IMG/VR virus record: IMGVR_UViG_3300042868_012782
Coordinates: 1 to 64,000 of that record
From: a virus
Length of the DNA: 64,000 nucleotides
Reading direction: 5' to 3' (one strand)
In this document: positions 1-10,061 of the stretch, piece after piece
How the letters are laid out: each line of letters starts with the position of its first letter
Numbering within the stretch: the stretch's first letter is position 1
Made by a program: the position numbers and the translations under genes
The notes under the pieces: model-generated
Seen by the model: only the letters and a program-made list of their open reading frames with translations
Told to the model about the DNA's origin: nothing
The model's database searches: none

Positions 1-128
1 ACGGTCGACTCAACGGTCGACTCAACGGTCGACTCAACGGTCGACTCAACGGTCGACTCAACGGTCGACTCAACGGTCGACTCAACGGTCGACTCAACGG
101 TCGACTCAACGGTCGACTCAACGGTCGA
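1..128 (+). repeat. 12-bp tandem repeat (ACGGTCGACTCA) x10 plus partial copy, truncated by window start; encodes (TVDS)n
   Basis: Ten perfect copies at 1-120 plus ACGGTCGA; frame +1 is open from base 1 into the ORF ending at 1014. Confidence 0.97.
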
Positions 129-1014
129 TATCACGAATGATATCAGGCACTATCTCAATGAAGCAATCAGCTTCAACCTATATAACCCAGAGTTTGATTA
201 TATATCAAATCCTATAGTCCATCTGTATCGGGCTATGGTTTGTGCGATGCGCGATAACAACGCAAGTGCCACGTCTAAGCTCTATGATGAGCTTAGATAT
301 CTTGTTGTATCAAAAGTCCATGTGAGCGTATCTGGCGCTGGCGGGAGACATGTTGCGAAGGGGTCCGTGCTATCAGGACCTAGTGAGAAAGCTAGCACAA
401 ACAGTGGTCGCAATAGCGCGACATATGTAAAGTCTGCAGGTGGTATCGCTAAGGACGGTCAGGATAGCATAGGCGCTGATGAAGCAGTTGCCATGATATG
501 GGAGCTTAGCTCCAAGACTGTCTCGTATGGCGGATATGCTAGCCGAATCATGAAGGCATATCACAAGCTTGCAACAGACAAGTCAGTGCTAGGGTGGCTT
601 GCTGGAACAGCTAGACGTGTATCTTCAGAAGATATCTTCGGCACTCTAAGGGGTCACAAGGTATATCGGGGAAAGCTAGATGCATATGAAGTAGACGTTG
701 TTGATGACAATGTGATATGCGCAGAAGACAATGAGATATCAACAGAGATCAACGGTATCGCTGGCGATATCGGGAGCTTCATAGAGGAATATGTTGAGAA
801 TACTGGTGATAGCTTGCCAGTGGTATACTATAAGCGGAAGATGGCAGATAAAGATACTGGGATAGAGTTTTGGAAGAAGTGCGGCATACCGAAAACAACA
901 GCGTATCGAAGGATAGCAAAATTCAACAAGGCTCTGCTGAATGAGATAAAGAATATAGAGTGTGATAAGGAAGTGCTAGCCTTGGCAATAGCAAGAGCCT
1001 TCCGAATGAACTAA
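1..1014 (+). CDS. 5'-truncated protein with (TVDS)n repeat and C-terminal HTH-like segment; putative regulator or sigma-like protein
   Basis: No stop in frame +1 from 1 to 1014 (track ORF 235..1014 is in the same frame); C-terminal KKCGIPKTTAYRRIAKF resembles a sigma-region-4-type HTH; followed by a terminator. Confidence 0.6.
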   Translation, partial: TVDSTVDSTVDSTVDSTVDSTVDSTVDSTVDSTVDSTVDSTVDITNDIRHYLNEAISFNLYNPEFDYISNPIVHLYRAMVCAMRDNNASATSKLYDELRYLVVSKVHVSVSGAGGRHVAKGSVLSGPSEKASTNSGRNSATYVKSAGGIAKDGQDSIGADEAVAMIWELSSKTVSYGGYASRIMKAYHKLATDKSVLGWLAGTARRVSSEDIFGTLRGHKVYRGKLDAYEVDVVDDNVICAEDNEISTEINGIAGDIGSFIEEYVENTGDSLPVVYYKRKMADKDTGIEFWKKCGIPKTTAYRRIAKFNKALLNEIKNIECDKEVLALAIARAFRMN

Positions 1015-1022
1015 AGATGAGG

Positions 1023-1058
1023 GCCGGATAGGGGGAACCCTATCCGGCTCTTTTTTTT
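1023..1058 (+). terminator. Intrinsic terminator
   Basis: Hairpin GCCGGATAGGG-GGAA-CCCTATCCGGC followed by a T-run. Confidence 0.9.
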
Positions 1059-1169
1059 CTACTGTTGATATCAAAATATATATCTTGAACCTGGTTGATA
1101 GCCAGGCTATACTGGGCTAGCTCCTGTACTAGCCCAGATAGCCCGGTAAATTATACTAAGATAGCAACT

Positions 1170-1446
1170 GATATGCGGGAATGTCTTGCGACAAGCTGCA
1201 CTATGTTTATGCCAATCCTATATCTCAACAGCGCACCGATATATCAATTGCTATAGTTCGGTATTGTACCGCGCCTTTTAGGCGGGTTGCATATACTAGG
1301 ATAGCAAGCGAAAATCTGGGAATCGAGTGCTGCAAGCTGCACTATGTTTATGGCCTAAATAACCAGGGGCGGGAATCCTCCCGCCGCCGATGCACATCTT
1401 ATGGAAAGGCTAGCGAGGTGCAACGCCTTCCTTATGGAGTTGTGAT
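1170..1446 (+). promoter_or_regulatory. Leader module 0 (3 GGGAAT-N14-TGCAC sites + RBS)
   Basis: Motifs at 1177, 1318, 1371; GGAG before ATG 1447. Confidence 0.8.
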
Positions 1447-1713
1447 ATGGCAGCAAGATTTGAGTCAATAAAGGAAGTAGAAATCGAGGCATCCGTGTGG
1501 ACCGTTGAACGGTCCGGCACTTACGAAGTCTGGGGCGATGGTGACGAAGTCACCTTCCAAGTCGAACAAGAGAACGTCTACAAAGACGGAGTCCTGCAAG
1601 AGGACTGGACCTCTGTGGGCGAACTCCTGCCACCGATCACGGATGAAGATATTGATATAGATATGGAAGATGTAGAGAAGTCGAGACTTATGGATCAAAT
1701 ATGCGGCCGATAG
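1447..1713 (+). CDS. Small highly acidic cassette protein
   Basis: RBS GGAG; 88 aa D/E-rich; bounded by modules. Confidence 0.85.
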   Translation: MAARFESIKEVEIEASVWTVERSGTYEVWGDGDEVTFQVEQENVYKDGVLQEDWTSVGELLPPITDEDIDIDMEDVEKSRLMDQICGR

Positions 1714-1731
1714 ACGATCGCTGAGTAGATC

Positions 1732-1993
1732 GGGGCGGGGGGCGAAAGCCTCCCGCCTTTTTTCGTTGGTGGTCCTGGGAATTCTGCGGGTGAAGCTGCA
1801 CTATGGTATGGCCATCGCCTGGCGGCCGCGGCCGTACCTGCCGCGCCTAGCGGGTTAAAATTGTGGGAATAGCAAGCGAGAAGCTGCACTATCTTTCTAG
1901 GCGATTTAACCAGGGCGGGAATCTCCTTCTGGCCGATGCACATCTTATGGAAGGGCTAGCGAGGTTGCGATGCCTACCACATGGAGTTGTGAG
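1732..1993 (+). repeat. Repeat module 1 (terminator + 3 motifs + RBS)
   Basis: GGCGGGGGGC-GAAA-GCCTCCCGCC-T6; motifs at 1777, 1865, 1917. Confidence 0.92.
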
Positions 1994-2155
1994 ATGTGCT
2001 CGTCATGCAATGTGGTCAAGATCAACGGAGTCCGGACTCACGAGTCCGGGTGCCCGGAATCTTGGAGGGAGATCAAGGCATGCTCGGCATGCCGAGAAAA
2101 GTTTCGCCCTAAGGCGAAAAACCAAAAGCACTGCCGGGACTGTCGCATCCGATAG
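1994..2155 (+). CDS. Small Cys-rich (zinc-binding) cassette protein
   Basis: Start placed at ATG after GGAG; three CxxC pairs plus HExGCP. Confidence 0.8.
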   Translation: MCSSCNVVKINGVRTHESGCPESWREIKACSACREKFRPKAKNQKHCRDCRIR

Positions 2156-2176
2156 GGATGCGTCGACAGTAAGGCA

Positions 2177-2526
2177 GGGGCGGGGGGCGAAAGCCTCCCG
2201 CCTTTTTTCGTTGGTATTCCTAGGAATCCCGCGGGTGAAGCTGCACTATGGTATAGCCATCGCCTGGCGGCCGCGGCCGTACCTGCCGCGCTCGGCCGGT
2301 CAATATTGTGGGAATAGCAAGCGGAAAGCTGCACTATGGTATGGCTCCTGCCTGGCGGCCGCGGCCGCATCTGCCGCGCTCGGCAGCCTAGCATAGTGGG
2401 AATAACCGATCTTAAGCTGCACTATGGTTATGGGCTAAATAACCAGGTGCGGGAATCCTCCCGCCGCCGATGCACATCTTATGGAAAGGCTAGCGAGGTG
2501 CGATGCCTACCAAGTGGAGTTTTCAT
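2177..2526 (+). repeat. Repeat module 2 (4 motifs; internal 88-bp subunit duplicated)
   Basis: Same hairpin; motifs ~2222, 2310, 2398, 2451. Confidence 0.92.
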
Positions 2527-2835
2527 ATGACCAAGATCCAAGAAATCGAAAACCTAACAGGTTTTATCGGAAGTCTTCAGGATGGCTATCTAAAAGACAT
2601 CTTTGATGATTTAGGACCGATGATAATCGGGGCGATTCGGTCGGACTTTTGCTGTGTGCCGTACAGGGAGATGCAGCAAACAAAAGCGGATCTCCGACTG
2701 GAGATCCAAACCCTTCAGAAAGAGGCCTCGGATCTGAAGGTCCTGTTGTCTGAAGCAAGACGGCAACAGGAACGACTGAAGACAGAAATAGACGATATAA
2801 GGCGAATTGCTGCGACCATCGCTGCCTGCAGGTAA
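2527..2835 (+). CDS. Cassette protein with C-terminal coiled coil
   Basis: RBS GGAG; heptad-like C-terminus. Confidence 0.85.
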   Translation: MTKIQEIENLTGFIGSLQDGYLKDIFDDLGPMIIGAIRSDFCCVPYREMQQTKADLRLEIQTLQKEASDLKVLLSEARRQQERLKTEIDDIRRIAATIAACR

Positions 2836-2852
2836 CAGGCGAAGGTCGGGCG

Positions 2853-3113
2853 GGGGCGGGGGGCGAAAGCCTCCCGCCTTTTTTCGTTGGTATTCCTGGG
2901 AATCCCGCGGGTGAAGCTGCACTATGGTATGGCTATCGCCTGGCGGCCGCGGCCGTACCTGCCGCGCTCAGCCGGTCGATATTGTGGGAATAGCAAGCGA
3001 GAAGCTGCACTATCTTTCTGGGCGATTTAACCAGGCTGGGAATCTACTGCTGGCCAATGCACATCTTATGGAAAGGCTAGCGGGGTTGCGATGCCTACCA
3101 CATGGAGCTAGTG
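2853..3113 (+). repeat. Repeat module 3
   Basis: Near-identical to module 1. Confidence 0.92.
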
Positions 3114-3425
3114 ATGTTTGAGAAATTCCTTAAGGGGTATGTTGAAGCAGCTGTATTCACCAACGGTTCTGTCGTTGCGCCAATCGATGATGAAACAATG
3201 AAAGAGATAGAAACAGACTGCAGAGGTTTTTACGATAGCAACTTTGACCGCATAAAAGATGCGCCCGAAAAAGCGGGAGTCGACTTCCACTTGACCAGAA
3301 ACGGACATGGCGCCGGTTTCTGGGACGGAGGTTGGATCGATGGAGAAAAGCTGACTAAGGAAGCCAAGGTGTACGGAACTTTGGAGCTGTATTTGCACGA
3401 AGGAGTACTGTATCATCATAACTGA
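3114..3425 (+). CDS. Conserved phage hypothetical protein (DFHLTRNGHGAGFWD motif)
   Basis: RBS; motif recalled from phage early proteins. Confidence 0.85.
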   Translation: MFEKFLKGYVEAAVFTNGSVVAPIDDETMKEIETDCRGFYDSNFDRIKDAPEKAGVDFHLTRNGHGAGFWDGGWIDGEKLTKEAKVYGTLELYLHEGVLYHHN

Positions 3426-3442
3426 TGGGATCTAAAAGCTGG

Positions 3443-3703
3443 GGGGCGGGGGGCGAAAGCCTCCCGCCTTTTTTCGTTGGTATTCCTGGGAATCCCGCGG
3501 GTGAAGCTGCACTATGGTATGGCTATCGCCTGGCGGCCGCGGCCGTACCTGCCGCGCTCAGCCGGTCGATATCGTGGGAATAGCAAGCGAGAAGCTGCAC
3601 TATCTTCCTAGGCAATTTAACCAGGCTGGGAATCGCCTGCTGGCCGATGCACATCTTATGGAAAGGCTAGCAAGGTGCGACGCCTACCAAGTGGAGTTCT
3701 CGA
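3443..3703 (+). repeat. Repeat module 4
   Basis: Near-identical unit. Confidence 0.92.
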
Positions 3704-3895
3704 ATGCCTAGGGTAGCCATTGAATTTCAAGATAAAACTGGTGAATTAGTGACAAAGTGGGCGGAACACCGCCCGGAGCACATAGGAGTCTGCGGACGAC
3801 TACGCCCGTATAGGGTGGAGTTCGGATGCATGACAGAAGACGGGTACAGATATTTCACTTGGGATCTTTTAGAAAGCGAGGCAAGACGGGTGTGA
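3704..3895 (+). CDS. Small cassette protein
   Basis: RBS GGAG; bounded by modules. Confidence 0.8.
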   Translation: MPRVAIEFQDKTGELVTKWAEHRPEHIGVCGRLRPYRVEFGCMTEDGYRYFTWDLLESEARRV

Positions 3896-3914
3896 CGGGT
3901 GTGACGGCAAAGCA

Positions 3915-4176
3915 GGGGCGGGGGGCGAAAGCCTCCCGCCTTTTTTCGTTGGTATTCCTGGGAATCCCGCGGGTGAAGCTGCACTATGGTATAGCCATCG
4001 CCTGGCGACCGCGGCCGTACCTGCCGCGCTCAGCCGGTCGAAATTGTGGGAATAGCAAGCGAGAAGCTGCACTATGGTTATGGGCTTATTAACCAGGGGC
4101 GGGAATCCTCCCGGCGCCGATGCACATCTTATGGAAAGGCAAGCAAGGTGCGACGCCTACCACATGGAGTTGTGAA
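3915..4176 (+). repeat. Repeat module 5
   Basis: Near-identical unit. Confidence 0.92.
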
Positions 4177-4431
4177 ATGACTAACTTTTGTAAGATTTTT
4201 GACGAAGTGATGATCAACAGTGTGTTCCTGAGAAAGGACGCATACTGGACAAAAGAGGATCCTCGCGGTCCAGAGTATGGACTGATCCTCGTCTGTCCTG
4301 AACCGGCAAAAATGTCGGTTCAGGTAACAAAGAAAATTAGATTTGGTACAACCGAGTACTATGTGACCAGCTGGACCGTATTGGTGCCAATTGAGCACCT
4401 AGAGGAATATCTCAAAGATCCTACCGTCTAG
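4177..4431 (+). CDS. Small cassette protein
   Basis: ATG after GGAG; bounded by modules. Confidence 0.8.
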   Translation: MTNFCKIFDEVMINSVFLRKDAYWTKEDPRGPEYGLILVCPEPAKMSVQVTKKIRFGTTEYYVTSWTVLVPIEHLEEYLKDPTV

Positions 4432-4454
4432 TGCGAAAAGTGTCGGCGACAGAA

Positions 4455-4714
4455 GGCGGGGGGCGAAAGCCTCCCGCCTTTTTTCGTTGGTATTCCTGGG
4501 AATCCCGCGGGTGAAGCTGCACTATGGTATAGCTATAGCCTGGCGGCCGCGGCCGTACCTGCCGCGCTCAGCCGGTTGAAATTGTGGGAATAGCAAGCGA
4601 GAAGCTGCACTATCTTTCTAGGCGATTTAACCAGGCTGGGAATCTACTGCTGGCCGATGCACATCTTATGGAAGGGCTAGCAAGGTGCGATGCCTACCAC
4701 ATGGAGCTTTGACA
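4455..4714 (+). repeat. Repeat module 6
   Basis: Near-identical unit. Confidence 0.92.
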
Positions 4715-4990
4715 ATGGCTACTACCAGATTCCCGCGCATTTGCGACGTTGTACACGATTTAAAGGCGGTGAGAGACTCTATGGAGTCAAAGCAGACGGA
4801 TTTGGATATAAGGCTTCAAGTGTATCCTACTTCGAGCTGGGCCATTAGGGTCGGTGCGTCCGACTTTGATCAAGATCACTTCGGATACTGGGGAGCATCG
4901 AGCATCGATCAAAAAATGTCAGTGAAGACGCTGACGTCCATTGCTAGGGACATCTTGGATCAAGCCAAGGAAGCATACTCCTGCAGGTAA
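4715..4990 (+). CDS. Small cassette protein
   Basis: ATG after GGAG; bounded by modules. Confidence 0.8.
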   Translation: MATTRFPRICDVVHDLKAVRDSMESKQTDLDIRLQVYPTSSWAIRVGASDFDQDHFGYWGASSIDQKMSVKTLTSIARDILDQAKEAYSCR

Positions 4991-5008
4991 ATAAGCAGCG
5001 GGGGGTCT

Positions 5009-5268
5009 GGGGCGGGGGGCGAAAGCCTCCCGCCTTTTTTCGTTGGTATTCCTGGGAATCCCGCGGGTGAAGCTGCACTATGGTATAGCTATCGCCTGGC
5101 TGCCGCGGCCGTACCTGCCGCGCTCGGCCGGTCGAAATTGTGGGAATAGCAAGCGAGAAGCTGCACTATGATCTTGACTATTTAACCAGGCTGGGAATAA
5201 ACTTTTGGCCGATGCACATCTTATGGAAAGGCAAGCAAGGTGCGACGCCTACCAACTGGAGTTTTGAT
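5009..5268 (+). repeat. Repeat module 7
   Basis: Near-identical unit; 3' variant shared with module 8. Confidence 0.92.
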
Positions 5269-5475
5269 ATGAAAAGATGGATTGAGATCGAGGACATCAA
5301 GGCGGCTGTTGATTCAGGAAGGATTGTCTACGCAGATAGTAAATCGTACCAAGTCAAAAAAATAAAACAAGAATACATGATTGTATACCATGGAGGGCAA
5401 ATGGTCGGCCTTCACGGCGCTGAGGGGACGCCTTTTGAAAGAGTTATGAACGGGAAACTGTTCTGGTCTGAGTAA
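5269..5475 (+). CDS. Small cassette protein
   Basis: ATG after GGAG. Confidence 0.8.
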   Translation: MKRWIEIEDIKAAVDSGRIVYADSKSYQVKKIKQEYMIVYHGGQMVGLHGAEGTPFERVMNGKLFWSE

Positions 5476-5496
5476 CGAAAAGGTCTGAGTGACCAT

Positions 5497-5756
5497 GGGG
5501 CGGGGGGCGAAAGCCTCCCGCCTTTTTTCGTTGGTAGTCCTGGGAATTCCGCGGGTGAAGCTGCACTATGGTATGGCTATCGCCTGGCGGCCGCGGCCGT
5601 ACCTGCCGCGCTCAGCCGGTCGAAATTGTGGGAATAGCAAGCGGGAAGCTGCACTATGATCTTGACTATTTAACCAGGCTGGGAATAAACTTTTGGCCGA
5701 TGCACATCTTATGGAAAGGCTAGCAAGGTGCGACGCCTACCAACTGGAGTTTTGAG
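5497..5756 (+). repeat. Repeat module 8
   Basis: Near-identical unit. Confidence 0.92.
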
Positions 5757-6320
5757 ATGAATATTGAAGAACGCGCTGCCGCCATGGCAGATAACCATAA
5801 GAACTACAAGGATTTCTCTTGGATGGATCGACCGTCTGAAGGGGTGTGGTGTCTTCACTACACCCATACCAGAGACAGTGATCGGGTCGAAAGAAGCAAC
5901 GGCGCGGTTATCGCTGCAGAAATGGGGAAGCAGTCTAGCGACGATGTGTCGCTTGAGCACCACACTCACTTCGCCGTAGGATGGGTGGACGGCGTGGCCG
6001 TCCGAATCTACGACAACGAAGGCAAGGTGACAAAGGCATTCGAGAAGCTTCATCAGCTTCTGTCCAAAATCGAGGACTATCCTATCCTCGATGAAGACGG
6101 ATACTCATCACTTGAGAATGATGAGTTAGCAGAAGAAATGTCTCAGTGCATAAAACATGTGGGTAGAAATTTCGATGAGGAAATAACTCAAGAGATTATA
6201 GACAAGGTTGACGCCTGGCTTCAGACCAATAGGTCGGAAGCTTTCTATGAGGAGAGATGGAGTTTGAAGGAGAAGGCGGTCGATGAGGCCTTAACAGCAC
6301 TTGGGCTGACTAGGTCCTAA
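5757..6320 (+). CDS. Acidic cassette protein (HFAVGWVD, DYPILDE motifs)
   Basis: 187 aa ORF with RBS, bounded by modules. Confidence 0.88.
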   Translation: MNIEERAAAMADNHKNYKDFSWMDRPSEGVWCLHYTHTRDSDRVERSNGAVIAAEMGKQSSDDVSLEHHTHFAVGWVDGVAVRIYDNEGKVTKAFEKLHQLLSKIEDYPILDEDGYSSLENDELAEEMSQCIKHVGRNFDEEITQEIIDKVDAWLQTNRSEAFYEERWSLKEKAVDEALTALGLTRS

Positions 6321-6331
6321 GAGGGGGCGGG

Positions 6332-6590
6332 GGGGCGGGGGGCGAAAGCCTCCCGCCTTTTTTCGTTGGTGATCCTGGGAATTCCGCGGGTGAAGCTGCA
6401 CTATGGTATAGCCATCGCCTGGCGGCCGCGGCCGTACCTGCCGCGCTCAGCCGGTCGATATCGTGGGAATAGCAAGCGAGAAGCTGCACTATGGTTATGG
6501 CCTCATTAACCAGGCTGGGAATCGCCTTCTGGCCGATGCACACCTATTGTGAGAGGTGAAGGACACCGATCGCAACAACAGGAGACTCGC
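6332..6590 (+). repeat. Repeat module 9
   Basis: Near-identical unit; 3' variant shared with module 11. Confidence 0.92.
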
Positions 6591-6785
6591 ATGAAATATA
6601 GCGTAAGAGTTGTTCGTACCGTGACGATGGTTGCGGACGTAGACGTAGAGGCAAAAAGCGAAATAGAAGCAAAAGAGGCAGCCGTGGAAGCTGCAAGCGC
6701 GGGCGAAGATATCGAGTGGTCAGAACAGGACACATCGGATATTATTGCCTGCCCGTTATGTAGTGTTGATCCGTATGAGCAGTAA
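6591..6785 (+). CDS. Small acidic protein, DpnD/PcfM-like
   Basis: KYSVRVVRTVTMVADVDVEAKSEIEA pattern; RBS AGGAG. Confidence 0.7.
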   Translation: MKYSVRVVRTVTMVADVDVEAKSEIEAKEAAVEAASAGEDIEWSEQDTSDIIACPLCSVDPYEQ

Positions 6786-6806
6786 GGAATTTTAAGTCGA
6801 AAAGAA

Positions 6807-7068
6807 GGGGCGGGGGGCGAAAGCCTCCCGCCTTTTTTCGTTGGTGCTCCTGGGAATCCCGCGGGTGAAGCTGCACTATGGTATAGCTATAGCCTGGCGG
6901 CCGCGGCCGTACCTGCCGCGCTCAGCCGGTCGATATTATGGGAATAGCAAGCGAGAAGCTGCACTATGTTTATGGCCTAAATAACCAGGCTGGGAATCCC
7001 TTTGTTGCCGATGCACAGCTTATGGAGAGGCTAGCAAGGTGCGATGCCTTCCAACAGGGAGTTTAAAA
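6807..7068 (+). repeat. Repeat module 10
   Basis: Near-identical unit. Confidence 0.92.
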
Positions 7069-7383
7069 ATGAGCTACAACGGTTATGTAAATTACGAAAC
7101 ATGGTGTGTAAATGTCTGGATGAGCAACGGGAATACGGAGCTGTACGAAGAAATGGCTTGCGAGTACCTCAAGGAATCGGATGGGGACGAAAGTTTGGCA
7201 CGCCGAGAGCTAGCCGACTGGCTTAAGGGCGAAGTCGGGGAGTTCCCAGAAGGATTAGACAACACGAGCATGATGGGAGATTTATTGAAATCGGCAATAG
7301 GCAAAGTAGACTGGCGAGAGATCGCCGCAAGCTATATCGAATCGGCAGTAGAGGCGGTAGAGCAAGAAAAGGAGTCAGCATGA
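7069..7383 (+). CDS. Conserved acidic phage protein (YNGYVNYETW...VDWREIA)
   Basis: RBS GGGAG; motif recalled from phage hypotheticals. Confidence 0.85.
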   Translation: MSYNGYVNYETWCVNVWMSNGNTELYEEMACEYLKESDGDESLARRELADWLKGEVGEFPEGLDNTSMMGDLLKSAIGKVDWREIAASYIESAVEAVEQEKESA

Positions 7384-7584
7384 GCAAGATCTTTGTGGCC
7401 ATTCCCAAGGATGGATGGAAGGTTCCTGACCGCTCAGGACCAAAACAAAAACGAGAACGAAGGAAGAAAACCAGGTCGGCTAGGATCGCTGTAGTTCTGA
7501 GGGAGTGGCAATGATGTTTTTTGCGGTAGGGGCGGGGATATTCCTCGCCCTGGTGGGGGCGCTGGCGAGCAGCCGATAGTAGTT

Positions 7585-7842
7585 GGGCGGGGGGCGAAAG
7601 CCTCCCGCCTTTTTTCGTTGGTGACCCTGGGAATCACGCGGGCGAAGCTGCACTATGGTATGGCCATCGCCTGGCGGCCGCGGCCGTACCTGCCGCGCTC
7701 AGCCGGTTGATATTGTGGGAATAGCAAGCGGAAAGCTGCACTATGGTTATGACCTCATTAACCAGGCTGGGAATCGCCTGCTGGCCAATGCACAGCTATT
7801 GTGAGAGGCGAAGGACGCCGATCGCAACAAAAGGAGCAAGTG
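7585..7842 (+). repeat. Repeat module 11
   Basis: Near-identical unit. Confidence 0.92.
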
Positions 7843-8175
7843 ATGCAGACATGGGATGTGCCAGTAAAATCTCTCCGAGACGATATGACCCACGTAAGAG
7901 TGGCGGTCGTCTACAGAAAAGGCGAGGGGAGATGTCCAAGGGGCTACTATCTGTCGGTCAATCCGGTAAAGATTGATAACGAGTTTGTAACCTGCCCTCT
8001 TGGCAGAGGGCGGGTCGTCAGTCTGGCTGCCGTAGTGCGCAGCTCAAAGAAACTGGAACAGTCGTTCGGCAAGCAAGTATCAGTAGAGTTGCTGTTCCAA
8101 CTCGGTCAGACGTGGGACATGGTCGTTGGCGTCGCTGATCAGAACTCTCTTGAACTGAAGGAGGGTGGGAAATGA
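7843..8175 (+). CDS. Cassette protein (RGYYLSVNPV motif)
   Basis: RBS AGGAG. Confidence 0.82.
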   Translation: MQTWDVPVKSLRDDMTHVRVAVVYRKGEGRCPRGYYLSVNPVKIDNEFVTCPLGRGRVVSLAAVVRSSKKLEQSFGKQVSVELLFQLGQTWDMVVGVADQNSLELKEGGK

Positions 8176-8215
8176 GTTACTCATACGAATGGTAGGACGG
8201 CAGCCGATAATAGTT

Positions 8216-8474
8216 GGGCGGGGGGCGAAAGCCTCCCGCCTTTTTTCGTTGGTGGTCCTGGGAATTCCGCGGGTGAAGCTGCACTATGGTATAGCCATCG
8301 CCTGGCGGCCGCGGCCGTACCTGCCGCGCTCGGCCGGTCAAAATGTTGGGAATAGCAAGCGGGAAGCTGCACTATGGTTATGGCCTCATTAACCAGGCTG
8401 GGAATCGCCTGCTGGGCGATGCACAGCTTATGGAAAGGCCAGCAAGGTGCGATGCCTTCCTCAAGGAGACGACC
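8216..8474 (+). repeat. Repeat module 12
   Basis: Near-identical unit. Confidence 0.92.
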
Positions 8475-8618
8475 GTGGAAAACAACGACATACTTGAAAA
8501 AATTGAAAAGGCCATGTCCATGGCTAGAATTTACTTGGACGACCAATACGAGTTCTTAGAAGTGACTGAACCACTTCGGGATGCTGTCAAGTTGTTATTG
8601 TTAAAGGAGAAACAATGA
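8475..8618 (+). CDS. Small cassette protein (GTG start)
   Basis: AAGGAG before GTG; coupled to the next ORF. Confidence 0.7.
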   Translation: MENNDILEKIEKAMSMARIYLDDQYEFLEVTEPLRDAVKLLLLKEKQ

Positions 8619-8827
8619 AGTATCACATTCAAGAAGGATTTGGGCCTATTGATCAACAGGGCCAAGCCCCTGCCTGTCAGCAGTGTTGGGGGGTCAGGCT
8701 AGTCAAGGCGACATTTGCAACTGCCGAAGAAGCGTCAGATTTTGCAGATAAGTGGTACGAGCGAAAAATCAAGAAGATCGACTCAGACGACTGGAAGTCG
8801 TATTGGGTTAGAGTACTGAATGTCTGA
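8615..8827 (+). CDS. Small cassette protein
   Basis: AAGGAG RBS; ATGA overlap. Confidence 0.8.
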   Translation: MKYHIQEGFGPIDQQGQAPACQQCWGVRLVKATFATAEEASDFADKWYERKIKKIDSDDWKSYWVRVLNV

Positions 8828-8832
8828 CGATA

Positions 8833-9136
8833 GGGGCGGGGGGCGAAAGCCTCCCGCCCTTTTTTCGTTGGTGGTCCTGGGAATTCCGCGGGTGAAGCTG
8901 CACTATGGTATGGCCATCGCCTGGCTGCTGCGGCCGTACCTGCCGCGCTCGGCCGGTCAAAATATTGGGAATAGCAAGGGAAAAGCTGCACTATGTTTTC
9001 GGCGTTCGTTTGCGTCGACGTGGGAATGGGCAGCGGGCTGCTGCACTATGAAATACCAGGCTTATGGCCTGGCGGGAATAACCAGCTCATCAATGCACAC
9101 CTATTGTAAGGGCATGGTGCCCGATTACTAGGAGCG
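8833..9136 (+). repeat. Repeat module 13 (4 motifs; diverged 3' half)
   Basis: Same hairpin; motifs 8879, 8967, 9022, 9074. Confidence 0.9.
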
Positions 9137-9457
9137 ATGATCATGAGAACGTGGCGTGGGGAATTTGCTGATTTCGACGAAAACCTCGATACCAAAGCCA
9201 AGGATCTAGAGTCTTTGGGGTTTGAGGATTCTTCTTGGCATAACGACATATGCCCATCTTACAGTCTGGCTCTGCCGGAAGACAAATATATCCAGATATT
9301 CATAGACTATGTGGATCCAGCACTGCGCGAATTCCCAGAATGGAAGCGGTTTCTCGTGATCATGGTTGATCAGGACAATGTGACGACTCCGATGTTCAAG
9401 TCGGACGATTGGGGGGAGGCTCTTACCTTCCTTAAGGAGACTGGGAAAAGCGCGTAA
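9137..9457 (+). CDS. Acidic cassette protein (DSSWHNDICPS motif)
   Basis: RBS AGGAG. Confidence 0.85.
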   Translation: MIMRTWRGEFADFDENLDTKAKDLESLGFEDSSWHNDICPSYSLALPEDKYIQIFIDYVDPALREFPEWKRFLVIMVDQDNVTTPMFKSDDWGEALTFLKETGKSA

Positions 9458-9472
9458 GGGATTGTGTGCGAG

Positions 9473-9718
9473 CGGGGAGGGGAAACCCTCCCCGTTTTTT
9501 TGCGTTTTTACGCCTGGGAATTTGGCGCAGCAATCTGCACTATGGTGTACGCGTTGCTCAGAGCGCGGGCGCGTACCTGCCGCGCTTAGCTGGTCGAAGT
9601 GATGGGAATAGCAAGCAAGAAGCTGCACTATGTTTTTGGCTATTTGTGCCTGGCTGGGAATCGATGGCGAACCAATGCACAGCTTTGGGAAGTAAAGGTC
9701 TCAACCAAGGAGGATGAA
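9473..9718 (+). repeat. Diverged module 14
   Basis: Variant hairpin CGGGGAGGG-GAAA-CCCTCCCCG-T7; motifs 9516, 9604, 9656. Confidence 0.85.
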
Positions 9719-10054
9719 ATGGCTCATAATTTTTTGCTGACAGATCGATCTGGCCGCGGTATTTCTACGACCGTAGACATAGATCATGTGCTTAAGTTTT
9801 TTGGGGATATGCTGACCGACGGAGACTTCGATTACCGACCTGTGTCTGATTGGGCAATGGGTGCAAGTATTGCCCAGAGCATAGAAGTTCACGAGGAACG
9901 ATTGGAGCTTACTGCTCTTGATAGCAACCAAGAGACAAGGTATAAGGTGAGAGCCAGTTACTGGTTCGACATAAAGGAAGACGCAGTAAAATTTGCTGAC
10001 CAGGTTCGGCGAATCGCAGATGAGCAAAATTGCAATGGAACAGTAGTTTCATAA
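9719..10054 (+). CDS. Cassette protein
   Basis: RBS AGGAGG. Confidence 0.82.
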   Translation: MAHNFLLTDRSGRGISTTVDIDHVLKFFGDMLTDGDFDYRPVSDWAMGASIAQSIEVHEERLELTALDSNQETRYKVRASYWFDIKEDAVKFADQVRRIADEQNCNGTVVS

Positions 10055-10061
10055 CCGCGGA

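Noticed and set aside
1-128. 12-bp repeat as a mini-CRISPR or pure artefact
   Set aside because: No spacers, and it runs in frame into coding sequence; copy number could still be misassembled.
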